A stretch of DNA of 64,000 nucleotides, from the NCBI GenBank assembly GCA_965208155.1, contig OZ242322.1:9774-73773 (forward strand). The letters run 5' to 3'. Both the position numbers and the translations under genes were made by a program. The notes under the pieces are model-generated. The model was not told the origin of the DNA and searched no databases. It was given only the letters and a program-made list of their open reading frames with translations. The DNA comes from Thermodesulfobacteriota bacterium (GTDB taxonomy: Bacteria > Desulfobacterota_D > UBA1144 > Nemesobacterales > Nemesobacteraceae). Of this stretch, positions 28,352 to 38,323 are shown piece by piece; within the stretch, counting starts at the first letter, position 1; every line of letters begins with the position of its first letter.

Positions 28352-30421
28352 TTACGCTACCCCTTCGGCGTATTTAAGCTCCAGTTCCTGCAGTTTTTTT
28401 ATCCTGTTTCTGAATTCGGCTGCCTTCTCAAATTCAAGCTTCTTCGCAGCGGACTTCATCTCCCTTGAGAGTTTGGCTACAGCCTCCGGAATCTTGTTCG
28501 GGGGAATATCAAGGAGATCCTCTTGCTCCGTACCGGAAATCTTGAGATAGTCAGATTCGTATATGGAACCCAGCACGTCGGTTATGTTTTTTTCGATACT
28601 CCTCGGAACTATGTTGTTTCTAGCGTTGTACTCCGTCTGGATATCTCTTCTCCTGCGGGTTTCCGCCATGGCGGCACGCATAGACCCCGTCATGGTATCC
28701 GCATAGAGAATCACCCTGCCCGAAACATTTCTCGCTGCCCGGCCGAAAACCTGAACAAGCGACGTTTCTGAGCGAAGATACCCTTCTTTGTCGGCATCAA
28801 GCACCGCAACAAGGGAAACCTCGGGTATGTCGAGTCCTTCCCGAAGAAGATTTATTCCCACCAGAACGTCAAATCTGGCAGCTCTTAAGTCCCTCACGAT
28901 CTTTATTCTCTCGAGTGTGTCAATCTCCGAATGCAGGTATTCAATGCGCAGGCCGAGCTCCCGATAATAGTCCGTAAGGTCTTCCGCCATCTTTTTGGTA
29001 AGCGTCGTAACGAGGGCCCTCTGTCCCGATGCGGCAACTTTTTTTAGTTCATCAAACAGATCGTCCACCTGGTTCTGGGCTGTACGGGTTTCAATCAAGG
29101 GGTCGGCAAGGCCCGTCGGCCGTATGATCTGCTCGACGACATTACCGCGGGCCTGCGCAAATTCATAAGGCCCCGGGGTAGCCGAAACGTATATCACCTG
29201 CCCAATTTTGGCCTCAAACTCCTCGAAATTAAGCGGGCGGTTATCAAACGCCGAAGGAAGCCGGAAACCGTTTTCAACCAAGGAGAGCTTCCTGCTTCTG
29301 TCACCGAGGTACATGCCCCGAAGCTGCGGAATCATCTGGTGACTCTCATCAATCACGCATAGAAAATCCTCGGGGAAATAATCAAGAAGCGTGTAGGGAG
29401 GCTCTCCGGGGCGCCGTCCCGAAATGTATCTTGAGTAATTCTCGATGCCGGGGCAAAAACCCATCGTATCGAGCAACTCAAGATCAAACCTGGTCCTTTC
29501 CTCAAGACGCGAAGCCTCAAGCTCCATGCCCCTCTCCTTGAGTTCAGCTAGTCTGGTCTCAAGCTCGCTACCTATGTTCTCGACCGCCTGCTCAAGAACG
29601 CTTTTGGGAGCCACGTAATGAGAGCCCGGGAAAATGGAAACTTCCCGCACATCCCCGACCGACCGGCCGCTCAGCGGATCTATAGCGCGTATCGTCTCTA
29701 TTGAGTCTCCGAAGAACTCGACCCTGAGCGCAGTCGATTCCTCATGCGAGGGAAACACGTCCACCACATCCCCCCTGACCCTGTATGTGCCCCTGTCAAG
29801 TTCGTCGATCTTTCTTTCGTAACGCACCTCTTCAAGCCTGAGGGCGAAATCGTCCCTTGAGATCTCCATTCCCACTTCGATCTCGGTAAGCATGCCGTAG
29901 TAAACCTTGGGAGCCCCGATTCCGTAGATAGCCGAGACGCTTGAGACGACTATCACATCCCTTCGTCCGAAAAGAGCCTTGGTGGCGGCGTGGCGCATGC
30001 GGTCTATGTATTCGTTTATAGATGCGTCTTTCTCTATGTACGTGTCGGTCTCGGGGATATAGGCTTCGGGCTGATAGTAGTCGTAATAGCTCACGAAATA
30101 GTGAATTTCGTTTTCGGGGAAAAAATCGCGCAGCTCCCCGTATATCTGCGCAGCCAGGGTCTTGTTATGAACAAGTATCAGCGCAGGACGTCCGGCGTCA
30201 CGGATAACCTGGGCTATGGTAAAGGTCTTGCCGCTTCCTGTAACTCCAAGGAGTACCTGGTCCTTGCACCCGCGTTCCAGCCCTTTACCCAGAGCGGAAA
30301 TGGCCCGGGGCTGATCTCCCCTGGGTTCAAAAGGGCTTTTTAAATTAAACAGAGATTTTGCGGAATCCATTTCAGGAACTATTTTAACCATTGTAATTGC
30401 TGATATGTTTTGACCCGTCAA
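28352..30421 (-). CDS. uvrB: Excinuclease ABC subunit B
   Basis: Motifs GVTGSGKTFT, DESH and the helicase C domain. C-terminal UVR motif (LEFEKAAEFRNRIKKL). Confidence 0.95.
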   Translation of the reverse strand: MTGQNISAITMVKIVPEMDSAKSLFNLKSPFEPRGDQPRAISALGKGLERGCKDQVLLGVTGSGKTFTIAQVIRDAGRPALILVHNKTLAAQIYGELRDFFPENEIHYFVSYYDYYQPEAYIPETDTYIEKDASINEYIDRMRHAATKALFGRRDVIVVSSVSAIYGIGAPKVYYGMLTEIEVGMEISRDDFALRLEEVRYERKIDELDRGTYRVRGDVVDVFPSHEESTALRVEFFGDSIETIRAIDPLSGRSVGDVREVSIFPGSHYVAPKSVLEQAVENIGSELETRLAELKERGMELEASRLEERTRFDLELLDTMGFCPGIENYSRYISGRRPGEPPYTLLDYFPEDFLCVIDESHQMIPQLRGMYLGDRSRKLSLVENGFRLPSAFDNRPLNFEEFEAKIGQVIYVSATPGPYEFAQARGNVVEQIIRPTGLADPLIETRTAQNQVDDLFDELKKVAASGQRALVTTLTKKMAEDLTDYYRELGLRIEYLHSEIDTLERIKIVRDLRAARFDVLVGINLLREGLDIPEVSLVAVLDADKEGYLRSETSLVQVFGRAARNVSGRVILYADTMTGSMRAAMAETRRRRDIQTEYNARNNIVPRSIEKNITDVLGSIYESDYLKISGTEQEDLLDIPPNKIPEAVAKLSREMKSAAKKLEFEKAAEFRNRIKKLQELELKYAEGVA

Positions 30422-30644
30422 TTTTATCAGTAATTACTAACCATTCGCTTCCATATCAAGAACCTTCCCGCAAACGAATCCGCCAATTGAAATTGCTTGC
30501 GCAGTACGCTGTGATACCATAGATATTTAGCAAGAAGGCTGATTTGTCGCCTTCCGAAATAAAGGGGTTGCACGCTAACCTGCACCGCGGTGGCTACAAA
30601 AGTACTTACAGTCTGTATCAAGACAAGTAACGCATAATACTGAG

Positions 30645-31667
30645 ATGGAAGCCGTGAAATCATCAATCCTGACATTTTTCAACAGTAGAAGCGGAGTAGG
30701 AAAGACCTCCATGGTTTATCATCTGGCCTGGATGTTTGCCAGACTGGAAAAACAAGTGGTGATTTTTGATCTTGATCCTCAATCCAACCTGACCGCGACA
30801 TTCTTAAATGAAGATGAAATTGAGAGTGCATGCAACCAGCAAGATCAGGGTTCCACCATTTACAACTGCGTCAGCCCGTTAGCGGGTGTCGGGGACATAG
30901 TCAGACCCGTACTCAGGAATATAACAGACAATCTGTACCTTCTTCCGGGAGACATGAGATTATCGGATTATGAAAGCGTTCTGTCCGAAGCTTGGCCTGC
31001 AAGCATGGATGACAGCAGATTGTATCAACCAATGCGTATACTAAGTTCATTCTGGCAGGTAATACAGATGGCAGCCAACCAGATAGAGGCTGAGATCGTT
31101 CTGATTGATATCGGACCCAATCTGGGCGCAATCAACCGCTCAGTGCTCATATCCACAGATTATGCTGTAATACCGATGGGCACGGATATTTTCTCCCTGC
31201 AGGGACTGAAAAACCTCGGCACCGCACTGAGGAAATGGAAAAAACAGTGGCAAAAAAGACTGGACAACTGGAAAGAGAATGGAGAAGCTTCCATGCTCGT
31301 AGACTTCCACCTGCCACAGGGGAAAATGCAGCCTGTCGGGTACCTGTGCAAGCAGCACGGCGTGCGATTATCCCGACCCGTGAGAGCCTGCGACAAATGG
31401 GTAAAACGTATACCGGAAACTTACCGCAAGTTTGTATTAAACAAGGACAGGGATGGCAACGGATATATGGAGAAAGAGCATTGTCTGGCCACGGTAAAGC
31501 ATTACCGAAACCTGATTCCCATGGCGCAGGAACACAGCAAACCCATCTTTAACCTGACTTCCGCGGATGGAGCTATAGGTTGCCACGCAAATGCGGTCCA
31601 GGACGCCAGGCAGGATTTTAAGAAATTAGCAATCAAAATCGCCGAGCAAATGGGAATAAGCACTTAA
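30645..31667 (+). CDS. ParA/MinD-superfamily ATPase, orphan and unusually long (340 aa)
   Basis: Deviant Walker A FFNSRSGVGKTS followed by VIFDLDPQSNLT and VLIDIGPNLG. No parB-like partner or parS is visible nearby. Confidence 0.65.
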   Translation: MEAVKSSILTFFNSRSGVGKTSMVYHLAWMFARLEKQVVIFDLDPQSNLTATFLNEDEIESACNQQDQGSTIYNCVSPLAGVGDIVRPVLRNITDNLYLLPGDMRLSDYESVLSEAWPASMDDSRLYQPMRILSSFWQVIQMAANQIEAEIVLIDIGPNLGAINRSVLISTDYAVIPMGTDIFSLQGLKNLGTALRKWKKQWQKRLDNWKENGEASMLVDFHLPQGKMQPVGYLCKQHGVRLSRPVRACDKWVKRIPETYRKFVLNKDRDGNGYMEKEHCLATVKHYRNLIPMAQEHSKPIFNLTSADGAIGCHANAVQDARQDFKKLAIKIAEQMGIST

Positions 31668-31694
31668 CAGCAGGCCTCGGCAACCCTCAGTTCC

Positions 31695-33206
31695 ATGAAA
31701 GAAAAAAAAGGCAGGATTTATCTGATCGGCGCAGGTCCCGGCGATGCGGGACTTCTTACCCTGAAGGGAAAGAGACTGCTCGGGGAAGCACAAGTGGTAA
31801 TCTATGACTCTCTTGTAAATCCGCAGATTCTTAAGTTCTGCCGTCCCGACACGGAGCTTCTCTTTGCAGGCAAGACAATGGGACGGGTCCATATGTCCCA
31901 AGAAGAGATAAATGAACTTCTTATAAGCAAGGCAAAAGAAGGAAAGACGGTGGCCAGGCTAAAAGGGGGCGATCCTTTTGTTTTCGGAAGGGGTGGAGAA
32001 GAAGCCGAGGCGATAGTTCAAAACGGCATCGATATTGAGGTCGTCCCGGGAGTAAGCTCCGTTACCGCGGTTCCCGCTTACGGAGGAATCCCTATTACTC
32101 ACAGACAATACAATTCTTCTTTCGCAGTTTTTACCGGACATCATCAAGGTGAGTACTTTGACTACGATCCGGCTCAAATAGAAACACTTGTATTCCTTAT
32201 GGGACTAAACAACATCGAGAGCATAATGAAAAAACTGCTTGAGATCGGAAAGAAACCCTCTACTCCCGTCGCCGTCATATCCTGCGGCACTCTGCCTGAG
32301 CAGAGATCAATTGTGGGAACCATCTCCGACATAGCGGAGAAGACTAAGGCACTTGATGTGCAGACCCCGGCCACCATAGTGGTTGGAGAAGTCGCCGTGC
32401 TGGCAGGAGCTATAGGGTGGTATGAAAAAAAGCCTCTTTTCGGAAAGACTATAATGGTAACAAGAGAAAAAAAAGCTTCATCCGAGTTCGCAGAACTTTT
32501 TGGCTTCTGCGGAGCAAAGACCATCGAATTCCCCACGATCGAGATAAAACCCATAAGAAATACGGAAGATCAGGAGCTTTCGGTGCGGAGCCTCGGAGAC
32601 TACGATTTTCTGATATTTACAAGCGTAAACGGGGTAAGCAACTATTTTGAGGTGCTGGCTTCTTATGGAAAGGACTCACGCGAACTGAAAGGCAAAAAGA
32701 TAATAGCCATAGGAGAGAAAACATCGGAAGAACTGCTAAAGTACAATCTTACGCCGGATCACATGCCTGCGGTCTATACGGCTGAAGGAATAATTTCGCT
32801 TGCAGAAAAGCTTGACCTCGCCAGCAGGAAAATACTTATCCCGAGGGCGCTTGTGGCAAGAGAGCTTCTCCCTGACACGCTACGGGCGATGGGAGCTACA
32901 GTGGAGGTCCTCTGCGTTTATGAAACACTTACTCCTTACTACTCAAAGCAAGAGATCGATGCGATAAAAGAAAAATTCTCCGATGCGGAGATAGACCTCG
33001 TAACATTCACAAGCTCCTCGACCGTAACGAATTTCTTCTCACTTCTTGGAAAAGACCCGGAGCTTTTCAGTAAAACCGGGTTTGCCTGCATAGGACCCGT
33101 AACGGCCGCGACGCTGCTCGACCACGGTTTTACCCCGGTGGTAACCGCCGACATTCACACGACCTGGGGTCTCAAAGAAAAAATCCTGGACCTATACGTC
33201 TCATAA
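31695..33206 (+). CDS. cobA: Uroporphyrinogen-III C-methyltransferase / uroporphyrinogen-III synthase fusion (CobA-HemD)
   Basis: N-terminal IYLIGAGPGDAGLLTLKG...VVIYDSL and RLKGGDPFVFGRGGEE. The C-terminal half is HemD-like (~250 aa). Confidence 0.85.
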   Translation: MKEKKGRIYLIGAGPGDAGLLTLKGKRLLGEAQVVIYDSLVNPQILKFCRPDTELLFAGKTMGRVHMSQEEINELLISKAKEGKTVARLKGGDPFVFGRGGEEAEAIVQNGIDIEVVPGVSSVTAVPAYGGIPITHRQYNSSFAVFTGHHQGEYFDYDPAQIETLVFLMGLNNIESIMKKLLEIGKKPSTPVAVISCGTLPEQRSIVGTISDIAEKTKALDVQTPATIVVGEVAVLAGAIGWYEKKPLFGKTIMVTREKKASSEFAELFGFCGAKTIEFPTIEIKPIRNTEDQELSVRSLGDYDFLIFTSVNGVSNYFEVLASYGKDSRELKGKKIIAIGEKTSEELLKYNLTPDHMPAVYTAEGIISLAEKLDLASRKILIPRALVARELLPDTLRAMGATVEVLCVYETLTPYYSKQEIDAIKEKFSDAEIDLVTFTSSSTVTNFFSLLGKDPELFSKTGFACIGPVTAATLLDHGFTPVVTADIHTTWGLKEKILDLYVS

Positions 33207-33224
33207 AAAGGCAGGCAGCTTGAA

Positions 33225-33959
33225 ATGCCCAGATTTCCGATCAGAAAAAAGCCTTCGACAGAAGATGACGGGATCCTTCGCGGAACAATATCCGAGAGCG
33301 ATTACACGCACATAACGAAAGTGCTGAGACTCGGGGCCGGGGACCGCATAACCGTTTTTGACACCGAATCCACCGAGTACGAAGGCGTAATAAGAGACCT
33401 CTCTCCTGGAACCATCGCCATCCAGGTTCACAACGCCCTACTGCTGCGAACAGAGCCTGCACTGGAACTGAATCTCTTCCAGGCGATTCTCAAAGGAAAC
33501 AAGATGGACGGGATAATAAGTCAGGCAACGCAACTCGGCGTATCGGGGATTTTTCCGGTAGTCTCCGAAAGGACTCAGGTAAGGTCAACCGCCAAGGTCG
33601 ACAGATGGAACAAGATAGCCCGGGAATCGACAAAGCAATGCGGAAGAGTGACTCCGCCGGTGGTTTCCGAGCCGTTTAATTTCCGTGATTCCTTTGGAAT
33701 TAAGAAGCAAAGCGGGATGAAAATAATACTTTATGAAAATCAAGGCGAACTGCTTGGGGATTATATGGATTCCGTTTCAAGATCAGTAAACAGCATAAAT
33801 GTATATGTCGGCCCCGAGGGAGGTTTTTCGGAAAGCGAAATTGTTCTGGCAAGTGGAGAAGGCTATACAGCGCTTGGACTTGGAAAGAGAATACTTAGAG
33901 CGGAAACTGCTTCGATAACAAGTCTGGTGCTTTTCCAGTCATCCTTCGGCGACATGTAA
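33225..33959 (+). CDS. rsmE: 16S rRNA (uracil1498-N3)-methyltransferase
   Basis: Motifs HITKVLRL..GD and RWNKIARESTKQCGR, plus the C-terminal SPOUT knot (VGPEGGFSESEI ... LGKRILRAETA). Confidence 0.85.
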   Translation: MPRFPIRKKPSTEDDGILRGTISESDYTHITKVLRLGAGDRITVFDTESTEYEGVIRDLSPGTIAIQVHNALLLRTEPALELNLFQAILKGNKMDGIISQATQLGVSGIFPVVSERTQVRSTAKVDRWNKIARESTKQCGRVTPPVVSEPFNFRDSFGIKKQSGMKIILYENQGELLGDYMDSVSRSVNSINVYVGPEGGFSESEIVLASGEGYTALGLGKRILRAETASITSLVLFQSSFGDM

Positions 33960-34005
33960 TCCCGTACAAGAGAATGAAAATAGACATTTTTCTATCGATT
34001 CCAAG

Positions 34006-35671
34006 GCTTCAATGAGGCCGGGGCATTCCTACCCCGGAAAACTTCATGAATAATGACCAGACGAATTTCTCTGTCGTGTGCTTCAATGAGGCCGGGGCAT
34101 TCCTACCCCGGAAAACCTCCCGCGGCGCGATGCCGTGCGTTTATTCGATCGCGACGCTTCAATGAGGCCGGGGCATTCCTACCCCGGAAAACAGCTCCAA
34201 GAACAGCTACATACGACCTGCGGTTTAAGGCTTCAATGAGGCCGGGGCATTCCTACCCCGGAAAACTGGCGCTGCTGATGTTCAAGCAACATGTTCCTGA
34301 ATTGCTTCAATGAGGCCGGGGCATTCCTACCCCGGAAAACGCGGCTACTGAAAGACCAGTGCGAAAAAGATTTGCGTGCTTCAATGAGGCCGGGGCATTC
34401 CTACCCCGGAAAACCGCCGATTGCGCAGAGAACCCACCATCCCCAGAACGAGCTTCAATGAGGCCGGGGCATTCCTACCCCGGAAAACGTTTTCCTGGAA
34501 GATCCTTCAGCTTATTTGGAAATGCTTCAATGAGGCCGGGGCATTCCTACCCCGGAAAACCTGGTTTTACGGGAATAAGGCTTTAGTAGAATCAGTGCTT
34601 CAATGAGGCCGGGGCATTCCTACCCCGGAAAACCTTTTTTAATCGATGACAAGGCCGTATATCAACATTTGCTTCAATGAGGCCGGGGCATTCCTACCCC
34701 GGAAAACGAAGCGGATGTCTTTTTCTCCATGCTTGACCGCGAGGCTTCAATGAGGCCGGGGCATTCCTACCCCGGAAAACGTCGGGACCGACTCGCCTGA
34801 GACTCACCAGGATCGCAGCTTCAATGAGGCCGGGGCATTCCTACCCCGGAAAACCTCCCGGAGGATAGGGATACCGTCACATTCTTGAAGGCTTCAATGA
34901 GGCCGGGGCATTCCTACCCCGGAAAACCTCTGGTTCACCGCGCCGTAAGCCTGCGTCGCGGACGCGCTTCAATGAGGCCGGGGCATTCCTACCCCGGAAA
35001 ACAAGATTTGTTAGCCAAATTAGCCGTAACGACGATGGGAGCTTCAATGAGGCCGGGGCATTCCTACCCCGGAAAACTTTGTTGTCGCGGCCGTGTCGAT
35101 AAACATTTCGGATGCTTCAATGAGGCCGGGGCATTCCTACCCCGGAAAACCGTGGCCCTGAGGAACGATGGCAGCTTCTACAAGGAGCTCGCTTCAATGA
35201 GGCCGGGGCATTCCTACCCCGGAAAACAGTGAGGAGAATTATACAGACCTTCAGGTGCATTACGTGGCTTCAATGAGGCCGGGGCATTCCTACCCCGGAA
35301 AACCACTGTACCTCCGTTTTTGATTATATACTTGGCCAGGCTTCAATGAGGCCGGGGCATTCCTACCCCGGAAAACCAGAAGCAAGGGTTTCAAGATTAC
35401 GGGCGACTGGCATGCTTCAATGAGGCCGGGGCATTCCTACCCCGGAAAACTTGGGAGCCCGGCTAACAAAACCGTTCATGCGAATCGCTTCAATGAGGCC
35501 GGGGCATTCCTACCCCGGAAAACGGGGGCTGTCCAGATCGGGTCCTCGATTGTTGCGTCTGCTTCAATGAGGCCGGGGCATTCCTACCCCGGAAAACTGT
35601 CTAGAGTGAGCAGAAAGAGAGGGAGATTTTGAACGCTTCAATGAGGCCGGGGCATTCCTACCCCGGAAAAC
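34006..35671 (-). CRISPR. CRISPR array: 23 identical 37-nt repeats and 22 unique spacers (35-40 nt)
   Basis: Every repeat start was read from the sequence (34006, 34080, 34156 ... 35635). The plus-strand repeat is GCTTCAATGAGGCCGGGGCATTCCTACCCCGGAAAAC. The minus-strand form, GTTTTCCGGGGTAGGAATGCCCCGGCCTCATTGAAGC, ends in an ATTGAAGC handle. The AT-rich leader lies on the cas2 side, so transcription is inferred on the minus strand. Confidence 0.97.
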
Positions 35672-35892
35672 TGTCTGTATTAAAACTATCTCTGAGAACT
35701 AAAATATTTTCAAGCTTTGCGAGCACTAACCTGAAATCAGTCGTAGAAGACAAGATAATTCTTGATAAACATCCCATAAACTTATCTATCCTACTGCAAT
35801 TCAAGTAAAAACTGTATTGCGAGAGCTGCCCACGATTATATCCCTGTTGGAGTTCTCGCAACAATGACGGCAGCAACTTTATCTTCATCCTT
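35672..35892 (-). promoter_or_regulatory. CRISPR leader (AT-rich, between cas2 and the first repeat)
   Basis: A 221-bp AT-rich non-coding stretch between the cas2 stop and the repeat at 35635..35671. No promoter was mapped. Confidence 0.6.
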
Positions 35893-36110
35893 TCAGATAA
35901 TTATTGCCTCTCTGGTCGGCATTTTATAATTCTTGCCCAGACTTTGTATGCTAGGCTTAACTTTGTCAGCATGACCTAAGTCAAGAATTAGAACATGGTC
36001 TTCTGTTATCTTTATCAAGTTTTCTATGCGTGCGACCATATCAGCCTGACGCTTAGCAGTTAACCTGCATTGAAAGATAGATAATTGTAACCAGTGACCA
36101 TATCCTTTCA
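35893..36110 (-). pseudogene. cas2: cas2, 3' part (gene split by an IS insertion)
   Basis: Encodes ...KGYGHWLQLSIFQCRLTAKRQADMVARIENLI...HVLILDLG, a Cas2 core (G..vQ.SvFeC). It joins in frame to the 5' part once the IS and one TCA copy are removed. Confidence 0.85.
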
Positions 36111-38242
36111 ACCTGAATTCCCAACTGCAGGAATTGACATGACACTTTGAGGGGGGTCAGAAGAACCTTATCTTGAGAACACGATTATCAAGCCAGGGGA
36201 TTCGTTCTTCCATCTCCCCATAGCCAGCAGCTATGAGCAGCGGATTGTTCGCACGGCGTCCAAGACTCACTATTATCTCATCCCCCTTTACCTCTACTTT
36301 TCCACTTGCCCTCACAAGATCCCGGAATATAGTACTCGCCTTCGCTACATCATACCCATCACCCACTCGCTTCCCCAATACCCTGTACAACCCACTGGCC
36401 ATCACCGTAAGCTGTGCGTCCACATTAACCTTCATAGCCACAGCCGCAGAAAGCGCGTCCATGTGAAAAAAGTCTATAGCGTCCGCTATCGTATTCTCTA
36501 TTATCATTCGCCTCGCGTAACGGTCTATAAGCTTCGCCGCATTCTCCTCCATCTGATTGGTCAGAAGCAGCACCGGCTTCCTGCGTCCAAGATCCTTTAT
36601 TGCTATCTGTCGTATATCCCCGGGATAATCCCTGAGCTTAACCCTCTGCTCATATATCTTAGGGGTCCTGTACTCCCTGCCCACATTGCTGAGCCTTATC
36701 TTCTTCCACTCAGAAGACGGCTTTGAAGCCAACACAGACACCATCTTCTCAGACCTTCTTCGTAATGTCAGAAACCTTATCCCCATCTCCTCAAGCCTCC
36801 CCAGATTGGCATACGTGGTAAAACCACTGTCAAACACAAGCTCCCTGGGCTTGCGCCCCGTACGCTTCTCCCACCCCTCTATGAACCGCAGTATCTCATC
36901 GCTTGCCCCCTTCTTGCGTATATCAGTGTTGGCCCAGGCAAACATCCTCGCGTCAGCATCCCTCGCTACAAACGCCAGTATCCCCTTCTGACGCCTGCTC
37001 CTCTTCGATACATAGTGGCGTTCTACCAACGCCGCGTCCCCGTGATAGGGAATAGCGTGGAAATCAAGATCAAACGATTCCTCCCCTCCAAGATTGACTC
37101 CAAGACCGCGTACCACTTTATACCACCTGTCCATAAGCCCGGGATTCATCCTCGGATCAATCCTGCATGAATACTCCGTAAGAGTGCTTCGCTTCGGTAT
37201 TACGTTAAGACCACAGAACAGCCCTAACCCCTCATCAAGAGTCTCTGCCATTATCCGTGAAGGTCTTCCTATCCCCCATAGCTTCAAAGCAAGCAGGGAA
37301 CGAAACGCGCACCCCGCCGGTATCATCCCGCTCCCAGGCATGCCGCTTCGCTCCACTATCCCGTCAATGTCTGCTCTCCCAAGATCATGGGCAAACAGAA
37401 ACAACCCAGCAAACTCGGTACGAAACGTCCGGGAACCCAGATTCAGCACCCTTCGGTCAGACGTAGCCGCTTTATGTGCCCGTACAATGTCCAGCCTCTC
37501 ATCCAGGGACCTTCGCGCAAGCTTCTGTACCCCCGCCCCTTTAAGCACACCGTGAACATAGGCCGAACTCACAGAAACACCTTCCTTCTTCAAAACATTG
37601 ATGATGTCATAGATAGAAAGACGGCCTGATTTGCGCAACTCCACTATCCTCTCCTTGCGTTTGAGGGATTCGTCTTCTTTGCGTGTGGCTTTGCGTTTGC
37701 GCGGTTTGGGCAAAAAGAAATCCGGATCATCGCTGTTCGCAAATTCCGAACAGATGTTACGGACCGTTCCATGGGAGTATCCGAAACGTATGGCCACTTC
37801 AGCTGACGACAATCCGTCTACGTGGTATGCGCGCAGGGCTTCATAACGTTTTTGTGCTGGATTTGTTGGTTCCAGGAATCTTTTTGCGTGCGGTGATGTC
37901 ATTGCAGATAGTAAATAGATAAACACACTATCACTATAGCTAATACTATATTCTGTATGTTCGTCATTGTCAAGCAATATTTGTTGGGGTTGGAGGATAA
38001 GGTGAGTTAAATGGTTTACTTGCAGTGGGTTAATCTGATATAGGGATGGCATATGAGAAGTTGGAGAGCAGTACTGCTGAATTGAGTTTTGGGTGGGTGG
38101 GTTGCTGTAAATAAGTGGTAAAGTGTTTATAAGTTAACTATAATAATGACAAATCTGCTTGACTTACTGCGAAAAAACACAGAAATACGGAATGAAACTT
38201 ATCTTGGATGTAACTTCACTCCCTATAGTTGGGAATTCAGGT
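36111..38242 (-). mobile_element. Insertion sequence (2132 bp) inside cas2; DDE transposase of uncertain family
   Basis: Perfect 16-bp terminal inverted repeats: ACCTGAATTCCCAACT (36111..36126) and its complement at 38227..38242. They are flanked by a direct TCA (36108..36110 and 38243..38245). Confidence 0.85.
36157..38052 (-). CDS. Transposase (N-terminal HTH, C-terminal DDE-type with YxxRxxxE motif)
   Basis: HTH-like AQKRYEALRAYHVDGLSSAEVAIRFGYSHGTVRNI. C-terminal DRYARRMIIEN resembles the Y-2-R-3-E signature of the IS4 superfamily. The likely real start is MTSPHAKRF at 37902. Confidence 0.7.
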   Translation of the reverse strand: MPSLYQINPLQVNHLTHLILQPQQILLDNDEHTEYSISYSDSVFIYLLSAMTSPHAKRFLEPTNPAQKRYEALRAYHVDGLSSAEVAIRFGYSHGTVRNICSEFANSDDPDFFLPKPRKRKATRKEDESLKRKERIVELRKSGRLSIYDIINVLKKEGVSVSSAYVHGVLKGAGVQKLARRSLDERLDIVRAHKAATSDRRVLNLGSRTFRTEFAGLFLFAHDLGRADIDGIVERSGMPGSGMIPAGCAFRSLLALKLWGIGRPSRIMAETLDEGLGLFCGLNVIPKRSTLTEYSCRIDPRMNPGLMDRWYKVVRGLGVNLGGEESFDLDFHAIPYHGDAALVERHYVSKRSRRQKGILAFVARDADARMFAWANTDIRKKGASDEILRFIEGWEKRTGRKPRELVFDSGFTTYANLGRLEEMGIRFLTLRRRSEKMVSVLASKPSSEWKKIRLSNVGREYRTPKIYEQRVKLRDYPGDIRQIAIKDLGRRKPVLLLTNQMEENAAKLIDRYARRMIIENTIADAIDFFHMDALSAAVAMKVNVDAQLTVMASGLYRVLGKRVGDGYDVAKASTIFRDLVRASGKVEVKGDEIIVSLGRRANNPLLIAAGYGEMEERIPWLDNRVLKIRFF

Positions 38243-38245
38243 TCA

Positions 38246-38321
38246 ATAATTTAAATACCTTTCTCCAGCGTTTCTGATCCGAAATATCGTAAGTGACTAT
38301 GTAAAGGTGTTCTTCTGGCAT
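38246..38321 (-). pseudogene. cas2: cas2, 5' part
   Basis: MPEEHLYIVTYDISDQKRWRKVFKLL is the canonical Cas2 N-terminal strand plus the catalytic-Asp motif (YDIS). Its start codon lies 2 nt after the cas4-cas1 stop. Confidence 0.85.
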
Positions 38322-38323
38322 CG

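Noticed and set aside
34053-35632. ORF-track proteins inside the CRISPR array (34053..34313, 34359..34586, 34421..34606, 34885..35232, 35420..35632) with recurring ASMRPGHSYPGK / FNEAGAFLPRKT peptides
   Set aside because: The recurring peptides are simply translations of the 37-nt repeat in two frames. The periodicity equals the repeat-spacer unit, so these are not genes.
35598-35676. The leader-proximal spacer and the leader both begin with TGTCT next to the repeat, hinting at a longer repeat or a leader duplication
   Set aside because: The match is only 5 nt and is absent from the other 21 spacer junctions. It is compatible with chance.
35658-35888. 76-aa minus-strand ORF between the array and cas2
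   Set aside because: It covers the AT-rich leader and starts inside the first repeat. It has no SD and a low-complexity composition, so I treat it as the CRISPR leader.
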